From Geopsychrobacteraceae bacterium (GTDB taxonomy: Bacteria > Desulfobacterota > Desulfuromonadia > Desulfuromonadales > Geopsychrobacteraceae): a stretch of DNA of 64,000 bases. Under the pieces are notes generated by a model. That model was not told the origin of the DNA, searched no databases, and saw only the letters and a program-made list of their open reading frames with translations. Within the stretch, counting starts at the first letter, position 1. Each line of letters opens with the position of its first letter. Made by a program: the position numbers and the translations under genes. The stretch covers positions 1,696,001 through 1,760,000 of the forward strand of contig OY759353.1 of the NCBI GenBank assembly GCA_963662315.1, given 5' to 3'. This document shows positions 9,532 through 19,233 of the stretch, in pieces.

Positions 9532-10008
9532 TTACAGAATTTCCAACACTTCAAATTCGTAAGTCAATTCTTCACCAGCCAGTGGATGATTGGAATCCAT
9601 TTTTACTTCACTGTCGGTCACGTCAATAATTGTGACAATGTAAATATCGTCATCTTCTCCGGTGACTTCCAGTTCCATCCCCGGCTCAGGAATAATGTCG
9701 TCAGGCAATTCACTGCGCTGAACCGTAAAAACCAGTTCAGAATCATAATCGCCAAAACCGTCTTCAGGGCTGATAGAGACTGTCTTCTTTTCACCAACCT
9801 GCATCCCGATCAGAGCTTCTTCAACCGGAATATAAAAATCACCAGAACCTACGACCAGTTCAAAAGGACCATGCTCATGGCAGCAGTCATCATCGTGACA
9901 TTCGTCCCCTTCATGAGGATAGGTACTGTCAATGACAGTCCCATCATCAAGGGTTCCGATATAATTGATCAAAACTTTATCTGACTCTTTTACTGTTTGC
10001 ATATTCAC
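9532..10008 (-). CDS. slyD: FKBP-type peptidyl-prolyl isomerase, SlyD-like
   Basis: YIGTLDDGTVIDST, EEALIGM, PEDGFG and DSNHPLAGEELTY motifs; IF insertion domain. Confidence 0.88.
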   Translation of the reverse strand: MNMQTVKESDKVLINYIGTLDDGTVIDSTYPHEGDECHDDDCCHEHGPFELVVGSGDFYIPVEEALIGMQVGEKKTVSISPEDGFGDYDSELVFTVQRSELPDDIIPEPGMELEVTGEDDDIYIVTIIDVTDSEVKMDSNHPLAGEELTYEFEVLEIL

Positions 10009-10215
10009 TTATCCTTAATAAAAACTATAAACACAATAAAGCGGCGTTGTAACACACCCGTAAAAATAACTAAAGATCAGAATCTTAAATTATTTTGCGT
10101 CGCAGGAGAATACCTACTTTAACGGTCAGGTATCTAATTAAATAGATAAATCACAATCAGCAAAAATTCCGTCGTCATATTCCGTTTCTCATTTCAGCGT
10201 ATGTGAGGTTTCAAC

Positions 10216-10355
10216 ATGGCTCACCAGCCCCGGAAACCTGGCTATTACCACCTCGCACAGCGCCTGAACGTTACCGACCCTGATCAATGTCCCCTGCGGC
10301 AAGAGAGTCAGCGTCTGTCCGTTTGAAGCCCTGGCTTTAGCTTCGGCCAACGATC
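10216..10355 (+). pseudogene. Collapsed remnant of a 4Fe-4S binding protein gene
   Basis: GAGGT RBS + MAHQPRKPGYYHLAQRLN, then in another frame CGKRVSVCPFEALALASAND (degenerate CxxCxxCxxxCP). Confidence 0.5.
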
Positions 10356-10419
10356 TCTGCCAGCTCAATACATGTCGGCATCGGGCTGAGTCTCTTCAAG
10401 CCAACCACATCAACAGAAA

Positions 10420-11181
10420 TCACCCGCCCAACAACCCGTCGTAACAAAGCTTCAGCCCTGAAACCAGCAGCATGCCATAAAGAAAACGATAAATCGTCGG
10501 CTGAGAAATACGCTGCATCAACAAATAACCACAACGGACTCCTATCGGAGCCAGCGGAACAAGAACCAAAGAGGTCAACAGGTTGGCGGTATCAAACAAC
10601 CCAAGCAGAGTATAGGGAACCAGCTTGACATAATTGACAATAGTAAAAAAAACAGCCATAGTTCCAATCAATACCGTCTTATCGAGATTCAGGGGCAGCA
10701 GATAAACCGTCACCGGTGGTCCGCCAGCATGAATCTGGGCACTGGTAAACCCGGATAAGGCACCCCAAAAATATCCCTTCCAGCGGCGGGATCGGTTGAT
10801 ATTTGGTGTTGATCGCTTGAGTAAGTAATTGAGAAAAAAAACGATGGCAATCACTCCGATCATTAATTTCAGTGTTCTTACCGGTAACAGGTTCATGGTT
10901 GCCACCCCGACAACAATGCCAACCAAAGCAGCCGGAACCAGAATTTTCAATTGTTCACGGTCATAGCGCCGCCGAAAAGTATGTATCGCAAAAATATCCA
11001 TAACACACAAAATCGGGAGCATAATTGCAGCTGCCTGAACCGGGCTGATTACCAGAGATAACAGTGGAACAACCACAGCTCCTGCTCCGGGTCCCATGCC
11101 ACCCTTCCCCATGCCATACAACATGACTGCGGGAATCGCAATAGCATAAAAATAGGGATCCGTAATCAAAGAAACACTCAT
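10420..11181 (-). CDS. TauE/SafE family sulfite exporter-like permease
   Basis: GMGKGG, AAAIMLPILCVMD, HAGGPP and NYVKLVPY motifs; about 8 TMs. Confidence 0.88.
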   Translation of the reverse strand: MSVSLITDPYFYAIAIPAVMLYGMGKGGMGPGAGAVVVPLLSLVISPVQAAAIMLPILCVMDIFAIHTFRRRYDREQLKILVPAALVGIVVGVATMNLLPVRTLKLMIGVIAIVFFLNYLLKRSTPNINRSRRWKGYFWGALSGFTSAQIHAGGPPVTVYLLPLNLDKTVLIGTMAVFFTIVNYVKLVPYTLLGLFDTANLLTSLVLVPLAPIGVRCGYLLMQRISQPTIYRFLYGMLLVSGLKLCYDGLLGG

Positions 11182-11185
11182 AATC

Positions 11186-12121
11186 TCATCCGCTTCCGGG
11201 CAGAACCGTTCGTTCTATTCCGGCATCCAAAGCTTCATAGCCGAAATAATTGATCAGCTCATACAGCTCAGAACGTGGCTGCATTCGTTCCAGCGTTCCG
11301 GCAGCGGTCTCTTCGTCATGGAGTTGCCGGTAAAACAGCTCCATCGCCTTGGCCGCAATCCTTAACCCGGATACCGGCCAGATCGCCATGGCATAACCAA
11401 AATCGGCAAATTGCTTAAAACTGAATTGCTCCGTACGACCAAACTCAGTCATGTTGGCGAGCAGGGGAACACGAACAGCGGCGGCAAAGGTACGGAAATC
11501 GGCTTCATTGCGTAACGCTTCCGGGAAAATGGCGTCTGCCCCGGCAGCCACGTAAGCCTTGGCCCGGGCAATGGCGGCGTCCATCCCTTCCTGGGCAAGG
11601 GAATCGGTCCTGGCAACAATTTTCAGATCCTTGCGGGCTCTGCTGGCTGCATTGATTTTCTTGGCCATATCCTCAACAGAAACCAGCTGTTTACCATTCA
11701 GATGACCACATTTTTTCGGCAACATCTGGTCCTCCAGCTGAACAGCTGCTACACCGACATCTTCCAGCTCGCGCACCAGTCGCATCACATTGAGAATCTC
11801 CCCGAACCCGGTATCACCATCCACCAGTAATGGTAAACGAGTCACCCGGACAATTGCCTTAGCCCTGGCTACCAGCTCTTCCATTGTGACGATACCCAGG
11901 TCAGGCAACCCCAAAGATGCGGTCAGAGCCGCCCCGGACAGATATAAAGCTTCAAACCCCGCCTGGCGCGCCAGTAGTCCGGCAATTGGATCGTGAGCGC
12001 CGGCAATAGGCAGGAAATTTCCTGACCGCCAGCGCTGTGCCATTTGTTCTCCCAGTCCGGTTGGCAAGGGTTGCTCTAGCCAGGTAGGCAATTCACTTTG
12101 GCCTGAATGTGTCATCATCAT
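11186..12121 (-). CDS. prpB: 2-methylisocitrate lyase (ICL/PEP mutase family)
   Basis: LYLSGA, GLPDLG, VDGDTGFG, EDQ..PKKCGHL, IVARTD, IFPEAL and LANMTEFG motifs. Confidence 0.85.
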   Translation of the reverse strand: MMMTHSGQSELPTWLEQPLPTGLGEQMAQRWRSGNFLPIAGAHDPIAGLLARQAGFEALYLSGAALTASLGLPDLGIVTMEELVARAKAIVRVTRLPLLVDGDTGFGEILNVMRLVRELEDVGVAAVQLEDQMLPKKCGHLNGKQLVSVEDMAKKINAASRARKDLKIVARTDSLAQEGMDAAIARAKAYVAAGADAIFPEALRNEADFRTFAAAVRVPLLANMTEFGRTEQFSFKQFADFGYAMAIWPVSGLRIAAKAMELFYRQLHDEETAAGTLERMQPRSELYELINYFGYEALDAGIERTVLPGSG

Positions 12122-12169
12122 ACTCCTGATCTGTCAAATAAGGGCAGCATAGCCATCCTGTTCCAGCTG

Positions 12170-12835
12170 TTATCTATCACCCTGTTGGCCGTTGAAAAAC
12201 GTCTGCCAGGAGGCCTGAACATGACGCTGCATCAGCAGGCAGGCCAATTCTTCATCATTTGCATAAATAGCTTCTGCAATGCGTTGGTGCTCCAGAAAAG
12301 CTTGAGCTCCCCGCCCTTTTACAACACAGTGACTGCTCCGCAATAACATCAGCTGAGGGTAAAGCTCATTGGCCAACAAATTCTGTATCAATGGATTAGC
12401 TGCAATTTCGGCCAGAACCAGGTGAAAATCACGATCCTTTTTTTCCTGCAAATAAGCACGATCCGGATGAACATTAATCACCTGAACATGTTCTTTCAGC
12501 AGCCTTTCGATTTTTTGTTTTTCTTGTTCCCCAGCATTTGACGCAGCCAAGCGCGCCACCTGCCCTTCCAATGCTTCACGCAGCTGATAAAAAGCTTTAC
12601 CTTCAGCAAGGGAAAAAGATCTGACCTGAGCACCAATATTCGCTGCGGAGGTCACCAGTCCAACCCCTGCAAGCCTGCGCAGAGCATCGCGGATAGGGCC
12701 GCGACTGACGCCATATTGCGTGGCCAGGTCAACCTCCCCCAAGCGCTGCCCGGGTCGATATTGCCCAGAAATAATGTGCTCCTGGAGCTGTTCAAATATA
12801 AAATTGACGCTCAATCGTCGCTTAAAGGCTGTCAT
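12170..12835 (-). CDS. GntR/FCD family regulator (PrpR-like)
   Basis: GQRLGEVDLATQYGVSRGPIRDALRRL wHTH plus FCD domain (DRDFH, EHQRI, MQRH); directly upstream of prpB. Confidence 0.88.
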   Translation of the reverse strand: MTAFKRRLSVNFIFEQLQEHIISGQYRPGQRLGEVDLATQYGVSRGPIRDALRRLAGVGLVTSAANIGAQVRSFSLAEGKAFYQLREALEGQVARLAASNAGEQEKQKIERLLKEHVQVINVHPDRAYLQEKKDRDFHLVLAEIAANPLIQNLLANELYPQLMLLRSSHCVVKGRGAQAFLEHQRIAEAIYANDEELACLLMQRHVQASWQTFFNGQQGDR

Positions 12836-12878
12836 CAAAAATACCTTTTCCAGAGGAGGATGACACAGCATACCACAC

Positions 12879-12973
12879 TATTGTTAACAATATCAGGAGT
12901 ATTCTTAACAATCCCCCTAAAAAATGGCAGAAAAAAGAGTCATTGTTGACAATATAATTAAATTGTCGTTAAC
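12879..12973. promoter_or_regulatory. Cluster of GntR/PrpR-type operator palindromes
   Basis: TATTGTTAACAATA (12879-12892, perfect palindrome), ATTCTTAACAAT (12901), ATTGTTGACAAT (12942), ATTGTCGTTAAC (12962). Confidence 0.65.
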
Positions 12974-13130
12974 ACAGCAAATCCAGCATAAACCTTTATT
13001 GATGGACACAGCAAGAGCGGGAGACATACCCCCTGTCAATGGAAACGGTAATCAGTGATGAGACAGAAGAATGTCATGGTCATGCGAGAAGAGATTTTAA
13101 GGAAGAGTACGCTATTAAGCCTGAATGGAC

Positions 13131-13499
13131 TCAGGACTCCAACCACTGATAAAGCTGGGGAATCTCATAAGGTTTGGTAAATATTTCACAACCGAGATCT
13201 TTGGCCAGCTGCAGATCACTACCGGACCAGCTGCCGGAAATAATTGCCAGGCGATGATCGGGAACATCAAGCCCCTGGGATTTGAGCTTTTTGAGAAATT
13301 CCGCACCCGTCATACCGGGCATCTGGTTATCAGTGAGAATAAAATCAAAATGATTATTGGTGAGCTGATTACTGTTGGCTTCAAAAAATTCAGCCGGATC
13401 GGAAAAAGATGTGACATTAATATTTTTTGCTCTTAGGATTTCGCTCAATAACGTTCTGCATAACATGTCATCATCAAGAACAAGAGCTGTCTGTTGCAT
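13131..13499 (-). CDS. Single-domain response regulator (CheY-like)
   Basis: LVLDDD, ILTDNQMPGMTG, IISG and TKPY receiver motifs. Confidence 0.88.
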   Translation of the reverse strand: MQQTALVLDDDMLCRTLLSEILRAKNINVTSFSDPAEFFEANSNQLTNNHFDFILTDNQMPGMTGAEFLKKLKSQGLDVPDHRLAIISGSWSGSDLQLAKDLGCEIFTKPYEIPQLYQWLES

Positions 13500-13766
13500 G
13501 TAAATCCCCTTTTATTATTGACTATAACAATCCGGTTGGGAAATAACCGCGCTACTTACATTGCAGAAAACACGCTTTCTGCTAGCCCGCAAACTGTCCA
13601 GCCACAAGGAACAACGGCAATTTATCACCTAATCAGAGCAACAGTTTAAACCCTTCATCTGACAAATTTCTTACTCAGAGCATCTCCGGAGATACCATGC
13701 GCTATTTTCTCAAAAAAATGCTCCACATTAATCCAAGGCAGGGAACAAAGCTTCAGACTCTTCCCC

Positions 13767-14516
13767 TTAGAGCTCCGCAGCCAAAGTTTCGTGAGCAAGG
13801 CATGCTGCGCCAATAATACCAGCCTGATTCTGCAAGTAGGCAGGGATCAGCTCGGCCTGCGCCGACAGAAAAGGCATAAACTTCTCACTTTTACGACTGA
13901 CACCACCACCAAGGATAATAAGGTCAGGAGAAATAATACGCTCAATCTCGTTAAAAAACAGATTCAGGCGCTTAGACCAGGATTGCCAACTCAGCTTGTC
14001 TCGCTTGCGCACGGCCGCAGCAGCATAATGCTCGGCAAATCCTCCTTTGAGGGGGAACGCTCCCAATTCAAGATTGGGAAATAACTGGCCAGCGGAAAAC
14101 AGGGCCGAGCCGATCCCGGTTCCCAGGGTCAGTACCAAGACCGTATCGTGGCGCCCCATGCCGTTTCCGTAGCGCATTTCTGCGACACCGGCAGCATCGG
14201 CATCATTAACCACCCGACAAGGACACCCCGTAACTCGGCAAAGAAGATTCTCAACATTCACACCAATCCAGCCAGGATCAATGTTCGCGGCCGTCTTAGC
14301 AACCCCGCCGCTGATAACCGCCGGGAACCCACAGCCTAGCGGCCCCTGCCACTGAAACTGACGTACCAATTCGGCAACGACTTCAGCCACCGCACTCGGA
14401 GTGGCCGGTTGTGGAGTCGACAATTTCAAGCGCTCAGACATTAAGCCCCCTGTCGAGGTGTCAACCAGAGCCCCCTTAATGCCGCTGCCACCAATATCAA
14501 TCCCTAAAATTTCCAT
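13767..14516 (-). CDS. ppgK: Polyphosphate glucokinase (ROK family)
   Basis: [47 protein letters not shown] and GGGVS motifs. Confidence 0.9.
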   Translation of the reverse strand: MEILGIDIGGSGIKGALVDTSTGGLMSERLKLSTPQPATPSAVAEVVAELVRQFQWQGPLGCGFPAVISGGVAKTAANIDPGWIGVNVENLLCRVTGCPCRVVNDADAAGVAEMRYGNGMGRHDTVLVLTLGTGIGSALFSAGQLFPNLELGAFPLKGGFAEHYAAAAVRKRDKLSWQSWSKRLNLFFNEIERIISPDLIILGGGVSRKSEKFMPFLSAQAELIPAYLQNQAGIIGAACLAHETLAAEL

Positions 14517-14543
14517 TTCGCACCTTTTCAGAAGAATATGTTG

Positions 14544-14948
14544 TCAGTGCTTCAAATCACAGGCTCCATGTCGGCACTCATCATCAACTTTCGGCAACAG
14601 GTGTCTGTAACGTGCAAACACCGAGTAAGCTCCGCGAGACAATAAATTAACCCCCGGAAAGCCAATTACCGCACTCAGAAACCGATATGCGGAGCACTCA
14701 GGATAAGCCTGCCAGATTGCTATAAAGGCATCAACACCAGTGTAAAAGGTCCCTTCAATGTCCCGAACATGCAGCCGGGCCATAAACTCGGACTGAGTTT
14801 TCCCATAAGTTTCAGCACTGAAATCCTCCGCTCTTATATTGATAAATAACAGATTGCCGCCATGATCATATTCACGGTATTTTGCCATTTCTGCCGAGCA
14901 GACTCTACAGGAACCATCATAAAAAATCTGCAATGGAAATTGCATCAT
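14544..14948 (-). CDS. DCC1/DUF393 thiol-disulfide oxidoreductase-like protein
   Basis: FYDGSCRVC (DxxCxxC), GVDAF, AY..FARYRH. Confidence 0.85.
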   Translation of the reverse strand: MMQFPLQIFYDGSCRVCSAEMAKYREYDHGGNLLFINIRAEDFSAETYGKTQSEFMARLHVRDIEGTFYTGVDAFIAIWQAYPECSAYRFLSAVIGFPGVNLLSRGAYSVFARYRHLLPKVDDECRHGACDLKH

Positions 14949-15099
14949 TACACTCCTTTAAATCAAAGGTTGTTTTTTCGACTTTTCCATTTTACCAGAA
15001 AGACGTTCCGCTACGCGACAGCTCGACAAATATTTCATCTCTTCAATTTTAATAAAATTCGCCTTCAATTATGTTATTGTCAGAAAGAAAGAAGGTTAT

Positions 15100-15660
15100 A
15101 TGACACAGAACAACGACCAACCAAAATCGATCTTCAGTGGCGTTTTCACTGGCTATCTGATCCTGATCCTGCACCTGGCGCTGATTGTCGCACTGACAGC
15201 AACAGTGGTCTTCCTGAAAAGCCTTTATGATATCCGCTGGCTGCTGCTGACTGCCGGACTGATTCTGATCGCCGGGTCCGCCGGGTATTTCTACCAGCGG
15301 ATTAAAAAAAGCAATCGCAAACTGGCAGACATACTAAACAGCCCGGCTCTTCAAGGTCGCTCGGTTGAAATCAGTTTGCTGGGCGGCATGGCAACGTTTA
15401 AACTGGGCAACACCAGCAGCGTAACACCGCGACAGATCCTTATTGACGAACATGGCAATGATGTCAAGCAACTGGAAATGACCCAACCCAGCCGCCTGAG
15501 TAATCTATCCGAGCTGAAAAAACTGTTGGACGGTGACCTTATCACCAAGGAAGAGTTCTTCAGACTCAAAGGTGAAATCATGTCCGCTAGCGCCACGCCC
15601 CATTCGGCAAAAACCGAGAATGATTATATGGTTATTGAGGATAAAATAAGAAATTCGTGA
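15100..15660 (+). CDS. Hypothetical membrane protein with C-terminal SHOCT-like domain
   Basis: Two TMs; LSELKKLLDGDLITKEEFFRLKGEI. Confidence 0.75.
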   Translation: MTQNNDQPKSIFSGVFTGYLILILHLALIVALTATVVFLKSLYDIRWLLLTAGLILIAGSAGYFYQRIKKSNRKLADILNSPALQGRSVEISLLGGMATFKLGNTSSVTPRQILIDEHGNDVKQLEMTQPSRLSNLSELKKLLDGDLITKEEFFRLKGEIMSASATPHSAKTENDYMVIEDKIRNS

Positions 15661-15687
15661 TTTTTTCAAAAAATGTGAATTTTTTAT

Positions 15688-15716
15688 TTGCAGTCTAAAA
15701 AACTATAGTGTAAGGT
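15688..15716 (+). promoter_or_regulatory. Putative sigma70 promoter of the tRNA operon
   Basis: TTGCAG, 17 bp, TAAGGT with AT-rich upstream tracts, about 30 bp before tRNA-Asp. Confidence 0.55.
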
Positions 15717-15745
15717 TCGCTCCGCATTTGACAAAAATGCCTTGC

Positions 15746-15822
15746 GGGGCTGTAGTAGAGTCGGTTACAACGCCGGCCTGTCACGCCGGAGGTCGCGGGT
15801 TCAAGTCCCGTCAGCCCCGCCA
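15746..15822 (+). tRNA. tRNA-Asp(GTC)
   Basis: Acceptor GGGGCTG/CAGCCCC, anticodon arm CCGGC-CT-GTC-AC-GCCGG, GGTTCAAGTCC T-loop, encoded CCA. Confidence 0.96.
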
Positions 15823-15837
15823 TCTTAAAAAATCTCA

Positions 15838-15913
15838 GGGCGAATAGCTCAGCTGGGAGAGCGCCTGCCTTACAAGCAGGATGTCGGGGGTTCGATCCCC
15901 TCTTCGCCCACCA
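15838..15913 (+). tRNA. tRNA-Val(TAC)
   Basis: Acceptor GGGCGAA/TTCGCCC, anticodon arm CCTGC-CT-TAC-AA-GCAGG, GGTTCGATCCC T-loop, encoded CCA. Confidence 0.96.
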
Positions 15914-15920
15914 AAAATAG

Positions 15921-15955
15921 AAGCATCTTGCTGCTCGCAGTAAGATGCTTTTTTT
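15921..15955 (+). terminator. Rho-independent terminator of the tRNA operon
   Basis: AAGCATCTTGCTGC / GCAGTAAGATGCTT hairpin followed by a T run. Confidence 0.85.
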
Positions 15956-15974
15956 GTTTGTGACGCCCCTGTGA

Positions 15975-16260
15975 CAGTGACTGCAAAGGCGTCAGATCCC
16001 CGAGGGCATCTTGTGGCCACTGTTCGTTGTATTCGATTATCCATCAGGAGATGGTCTCCCGCACTTTGTTCAGATTGCGCAACAAATACAGGTCAAGAAT
16101 TTCGTCTCGATAGGTTTTATTAAACTTTTCGATATACGCATTCTGATTCGGCTTACCGGGTTGAATATATAGAACCGTCATCCCATACTTCAGCCCAAGA
16201 AATAAATTCACCACTGAGAAACTCAGGATCACGGGCAGTCCACGCTCCAAGCGAAGTCGC
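15975..16260 (-). pseudogene. IS3-family transposase remnant (integrase core C-terminus)
   Basis: YIQPGKPNQNAYIEKFNKTYRDEILD...VRETIS*WIIEYNEQWPQDALGDLTP with an internal stop; boundaries approximate. Confidence 0.8.
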
Positions 16261-16668
16261 TCATAAAATCCGCCGGCCAAACCTGATTCGGCTGATACGG
16301 CACCTGTAATGGTTGCTTTATCGCTTCGCCAGCCGCTTTTTTTTGCGTGGCGCAAACATTTCCAGCATTTCCGCCGGCGGCTTTTCTAAGTCAAAAGATC
16401 TAATATTTGCGAATCTCCTAATAGAGACCGAAAATTCTTTCCAAGAAAGATTTTCTAATATATGAAAGTCTAATATAATTTATGGGTTGTCACACTTTTA
16501 GTAAGTTATAGAAGCCCCCCGAAATATCCTAGACATGCCTGTCTGGATTTGGGATAGGGCTCACAATTTAGAAAGTAAACGCACTGCTGTGTCATAAGGA
16601 TATGACGAATCATCCCAGGATACTATGAAATCCCCCCTCCCCTTCTATTAAGTGAAGGAGATATTTCA

Positions 16669-18045
16669 ATGCAGATAACAAGACAGTTTGCAAAATTTGT
16701 AGATAGCTTGAAATATGATGAGCTGCCTGCAGATGTTGTTCAAGCCGCAAAAGAGCGTATTCTGGACAATCTCGGTGCAGCCGTAGCAGGATATTGTAAC
16801 TGGGAATTCAGAGAGAACCTACTAAAAGCATGTGCACAGCTTGGTGAAGGTAAATGTTCTGTTATCGGCAGATCCGAACGGAAATACCCTGCGGCAAGAG
16901 CCGCCATGATTAACGCAACTTTCGCACAAGCAAACGAACTTGATGATGGACACATATTTGCGGGAGTGCATGCTGGATGCGTAATAGTTTCGACTGCCTT
17001 CGTTATTGGCTCAATAGCTGGCAACAGCGGTAAAGAGATAATTAAGGCAGTGGTTGCTGGATATGAAATTGTGTACCGACTAGGTGTAGCTATGTGCCCT
17101 CACCTGATTCTCAAAGGATTCCATCCCACATCTGCTCTGGATGCGTGTGGTGCTGTTGCTGTTACAAGCATGCTGCTGGGCTTGAGCGAAGAACAAATAG
17201 TTAATGGCATTGGGATGGCAGGCTTGTATGGGTCGGGTTTAATGGAAGCTACAATATCTGGCCAACAGTCGAAATGTATAATGTCCGGGAATGCTGCAGC
17301 AACCGGGGTTATGGCTGCATATTTTGCCCAAAACGGCATAATTGGCACACATTCCGTTTTTGAAGGGCCGAAAGGTCTATTTAACGCTATGAGCCAAGAT
17401 GTTGATACCGAAAGAGTCATCAAGGGTCTTGGAGAAGAGTACAATATCTGTAATACCTACAGTAAATTTTATCCAACTTGTCGACATGGCCAAGCGGCAA
17501 TAGAGGCATGTCTGGTTTTACTTGAGGAATATAAATTCAACTATAAGGAGGTAACGTCTATTCATGTCGGAACATACCAGGTAGCTATTGACCTTATGGG
17601 GAAAATATATGAACCAAAGAATGAAGGGGAAGCCAAATACAGCATTCCTTATGGCATAGCTCTTAGCTTGATCACTGGAGAATTTGCCCCTCAATATTTT
17701 AAAACGGAATATTTTACTCAGAGTCGATATTTGGACTTTGCAGCCAAAGTAGATGTCATTCTTGATGAAGACATGCAAACTGCTTACCCCGAACAACGAG
17801 GAGCAAAGGTAAAAATCTACCTATCTAATGGAAAATGCCTAGAGAAAACTATTTTTCACCTAAAAGGTTCACCTGAAAATCCAGCAGACCTAGAAGCTCT
17901 AGAAAAAAAATTTATTCTCAACTGTAAACCTCTTTTAGGCCACCAAAGTGCAAGAACAATTATGGAACGTATTCAAAATATTCAGTCGGAGAAAAATATA
18001 GCAAATCTCTATGAGAAGTTCTGCACTCATAAGGTCCCCTTGTGA
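16669..18045 (+). CDS. MmgE/PrpD family protein (paralog 1)
   Basis: AKERILD, ELDDGH...VHAG, GYE, GFHPT, FEG..G, KFYPTCRH and KGSPENP motifs. Confidence 0.9.
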   Translation: MQITRQFAKFVDSLKYDELPADVVQAAKERILDNLGAAVAGYCNWEFRENLLKACAQLGEGKCSVIGRSERKYPAARAAMINATFAQANELDDGHIFAGVHAGCVIVSTAFVIGSIAGNSGKEIIKAVVAGYEIVYRLGVAMCPHLILKGFHPTSALDACGAVAVTSMLLGLSEEQIVNGIGMAGLYGSGLMEATISGQQSKCIMSGNAAATGVMAAYFAQNGIIGTHSVFEGPKGLFNAMSQDVDTERVIKGLGEEYNICNTYSKFYPTCRHGQAAIEACLVLLEEYKFNYKEVTSIHVGTYQVAIDLMGKIYEPKNEGEAKYSIPYGIALSLITGEFAPQYFKTEYFTQSRYLDFAAKVDVILDEDMQTAYPEQRGAKVKIYLSNGKCLEKTIFHLKGSPENPADLEALEKKFILNCKPLLGHQSARTIMERIQNIQSEKNIANLYEKFCTHKVPL

Positions 18046-18386
18046 GACTTCATACTGCGCTATAGCTTATTCTCGTTGATCACTAAAATGACTATCGGCC
18101 AATAAGTAGATATGTTGTAGCAGGCCTCCAATAGAAATGTTTAAAAACGGAAATATTCGCTCCGGCAACTAAGGAATTTCCACTATGCCCTGGTTTTCTC
18201 TTGGAAATAAGAAGAACATTCTTGCCAGTCCGTGTCGCCTCGATAGCTGCTGAAAGGCCAGCCCCCCAATCACCAAAACATATTTTATATAGAACAAATT
18301 CTCTCTGAAGATGTTTGCTTTATATGCTGAATAAACGACACTCTAAGTCTTACGTTAGAAGGATAAAGCCACGATCTCCCTAACAC

Positions 18387-19208
18387 CTACGTTTTTGCTA
18401 CACGTAAGAGACCTTCCTGCATGACAGATGCTATTAATTTTCCATTTTGCTCAAAAAATTGTCCCCGAACCAATCCTCTAGAGCTGCAGGTATTAATGCA
18501 TTCCATTGAATGAAGTAGCCATCTCATTCCTGAATAATTGCGATGAAACCAAATGGAATGATCGAGGCTTGCAGTAAAAATCCCAGGACCTCTAAATTGA
18601 AAACCATGAGTTTCAGCAGCGGTCCATAGCAAGCCGAAATCTGAGCAATATGCTAGAGCGGCCTGCTGTAATAAAATATTTTCAGGAAAGCAGTCCATCA
18701 TTCTTAGCCACCAATGTTTTATTTGTGGCTCTTCCTCATAATGAATAGAATTGGGAACTGGGCGGATATCCACCCTCATGACTTCTTTCGGAGGACGTTG
18801 CTTAGCAGAAGAGTCTCCAGAGCGACACAACTCTGGTAAACAATCAGGGCCAACGACAGATGGCATTTTAATTTGATAATCGAAATGGCTATCAGGGGCC
18901 AAAAATGAAGCCGTCAATAAAAAGATACGACGATTATTCTGCCATGCTGATACCTTTCGCGTTGCCAACGAACGCCCATTTCGAACATATTCGACAGTGT
19001 AGTCAATTGGACTTTCAAGATCCCCTGCATGCAAAAAATTACAGTGCAAAGAATGAGCAGGATGTTCAACACACGTATACCCTGCAGCAACAAGACCCTG
19101 GGCAATCAATTGGCCACCAAAAACTCTTCCAGCACCCAGTGGAAGGTTATGTCCTCTATAGCAGGTATCACTTATCTGCTGCAAAGACAGTAATTCATGT
19201 AAAGTCAT
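18387..19208 (-). CDS. tesB: Acyl-CoA thioesterase II
   Basis: RVFGGQ, HSLHCNFL, VRNGRS, AYCSD, ASLDHSIWFH and QEGL motifs. Confidence 0.88.
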   Translation of the reverse strand: MTLHELLSLQQISDTCYRGHNLPLGAGRVFGGQLIAQGLVAAGYTCVEHPAHSLHCNFLHAGDLESPIDYTVEYVRNGRSLATRKVSAWQNNRRIFLLTASFLAPDSHFDYQIKMPSVVGPDCLPELCRSGDSSAKQRPPKEVMRVDIRPVPNSIHYEEEPQIKHWWLRMMDCFPENILLQQAALAYCSDFGLLWTAAETHGFQFRGPGIFTASLDHSIWFHRNYSGMRWLLHSMECINTCSSRGLVRGQFFEQNGKLIASVMQEGLLRVAKT

Positions 19209-19233
19209 TAAGAAACCAAGCTTTTTGTTTTAA

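Noticed and set aside
15835..16044. 69-aa minus-strand ORF
   Set aside because: Antisense to tRNA-Val and its terminator; spurious
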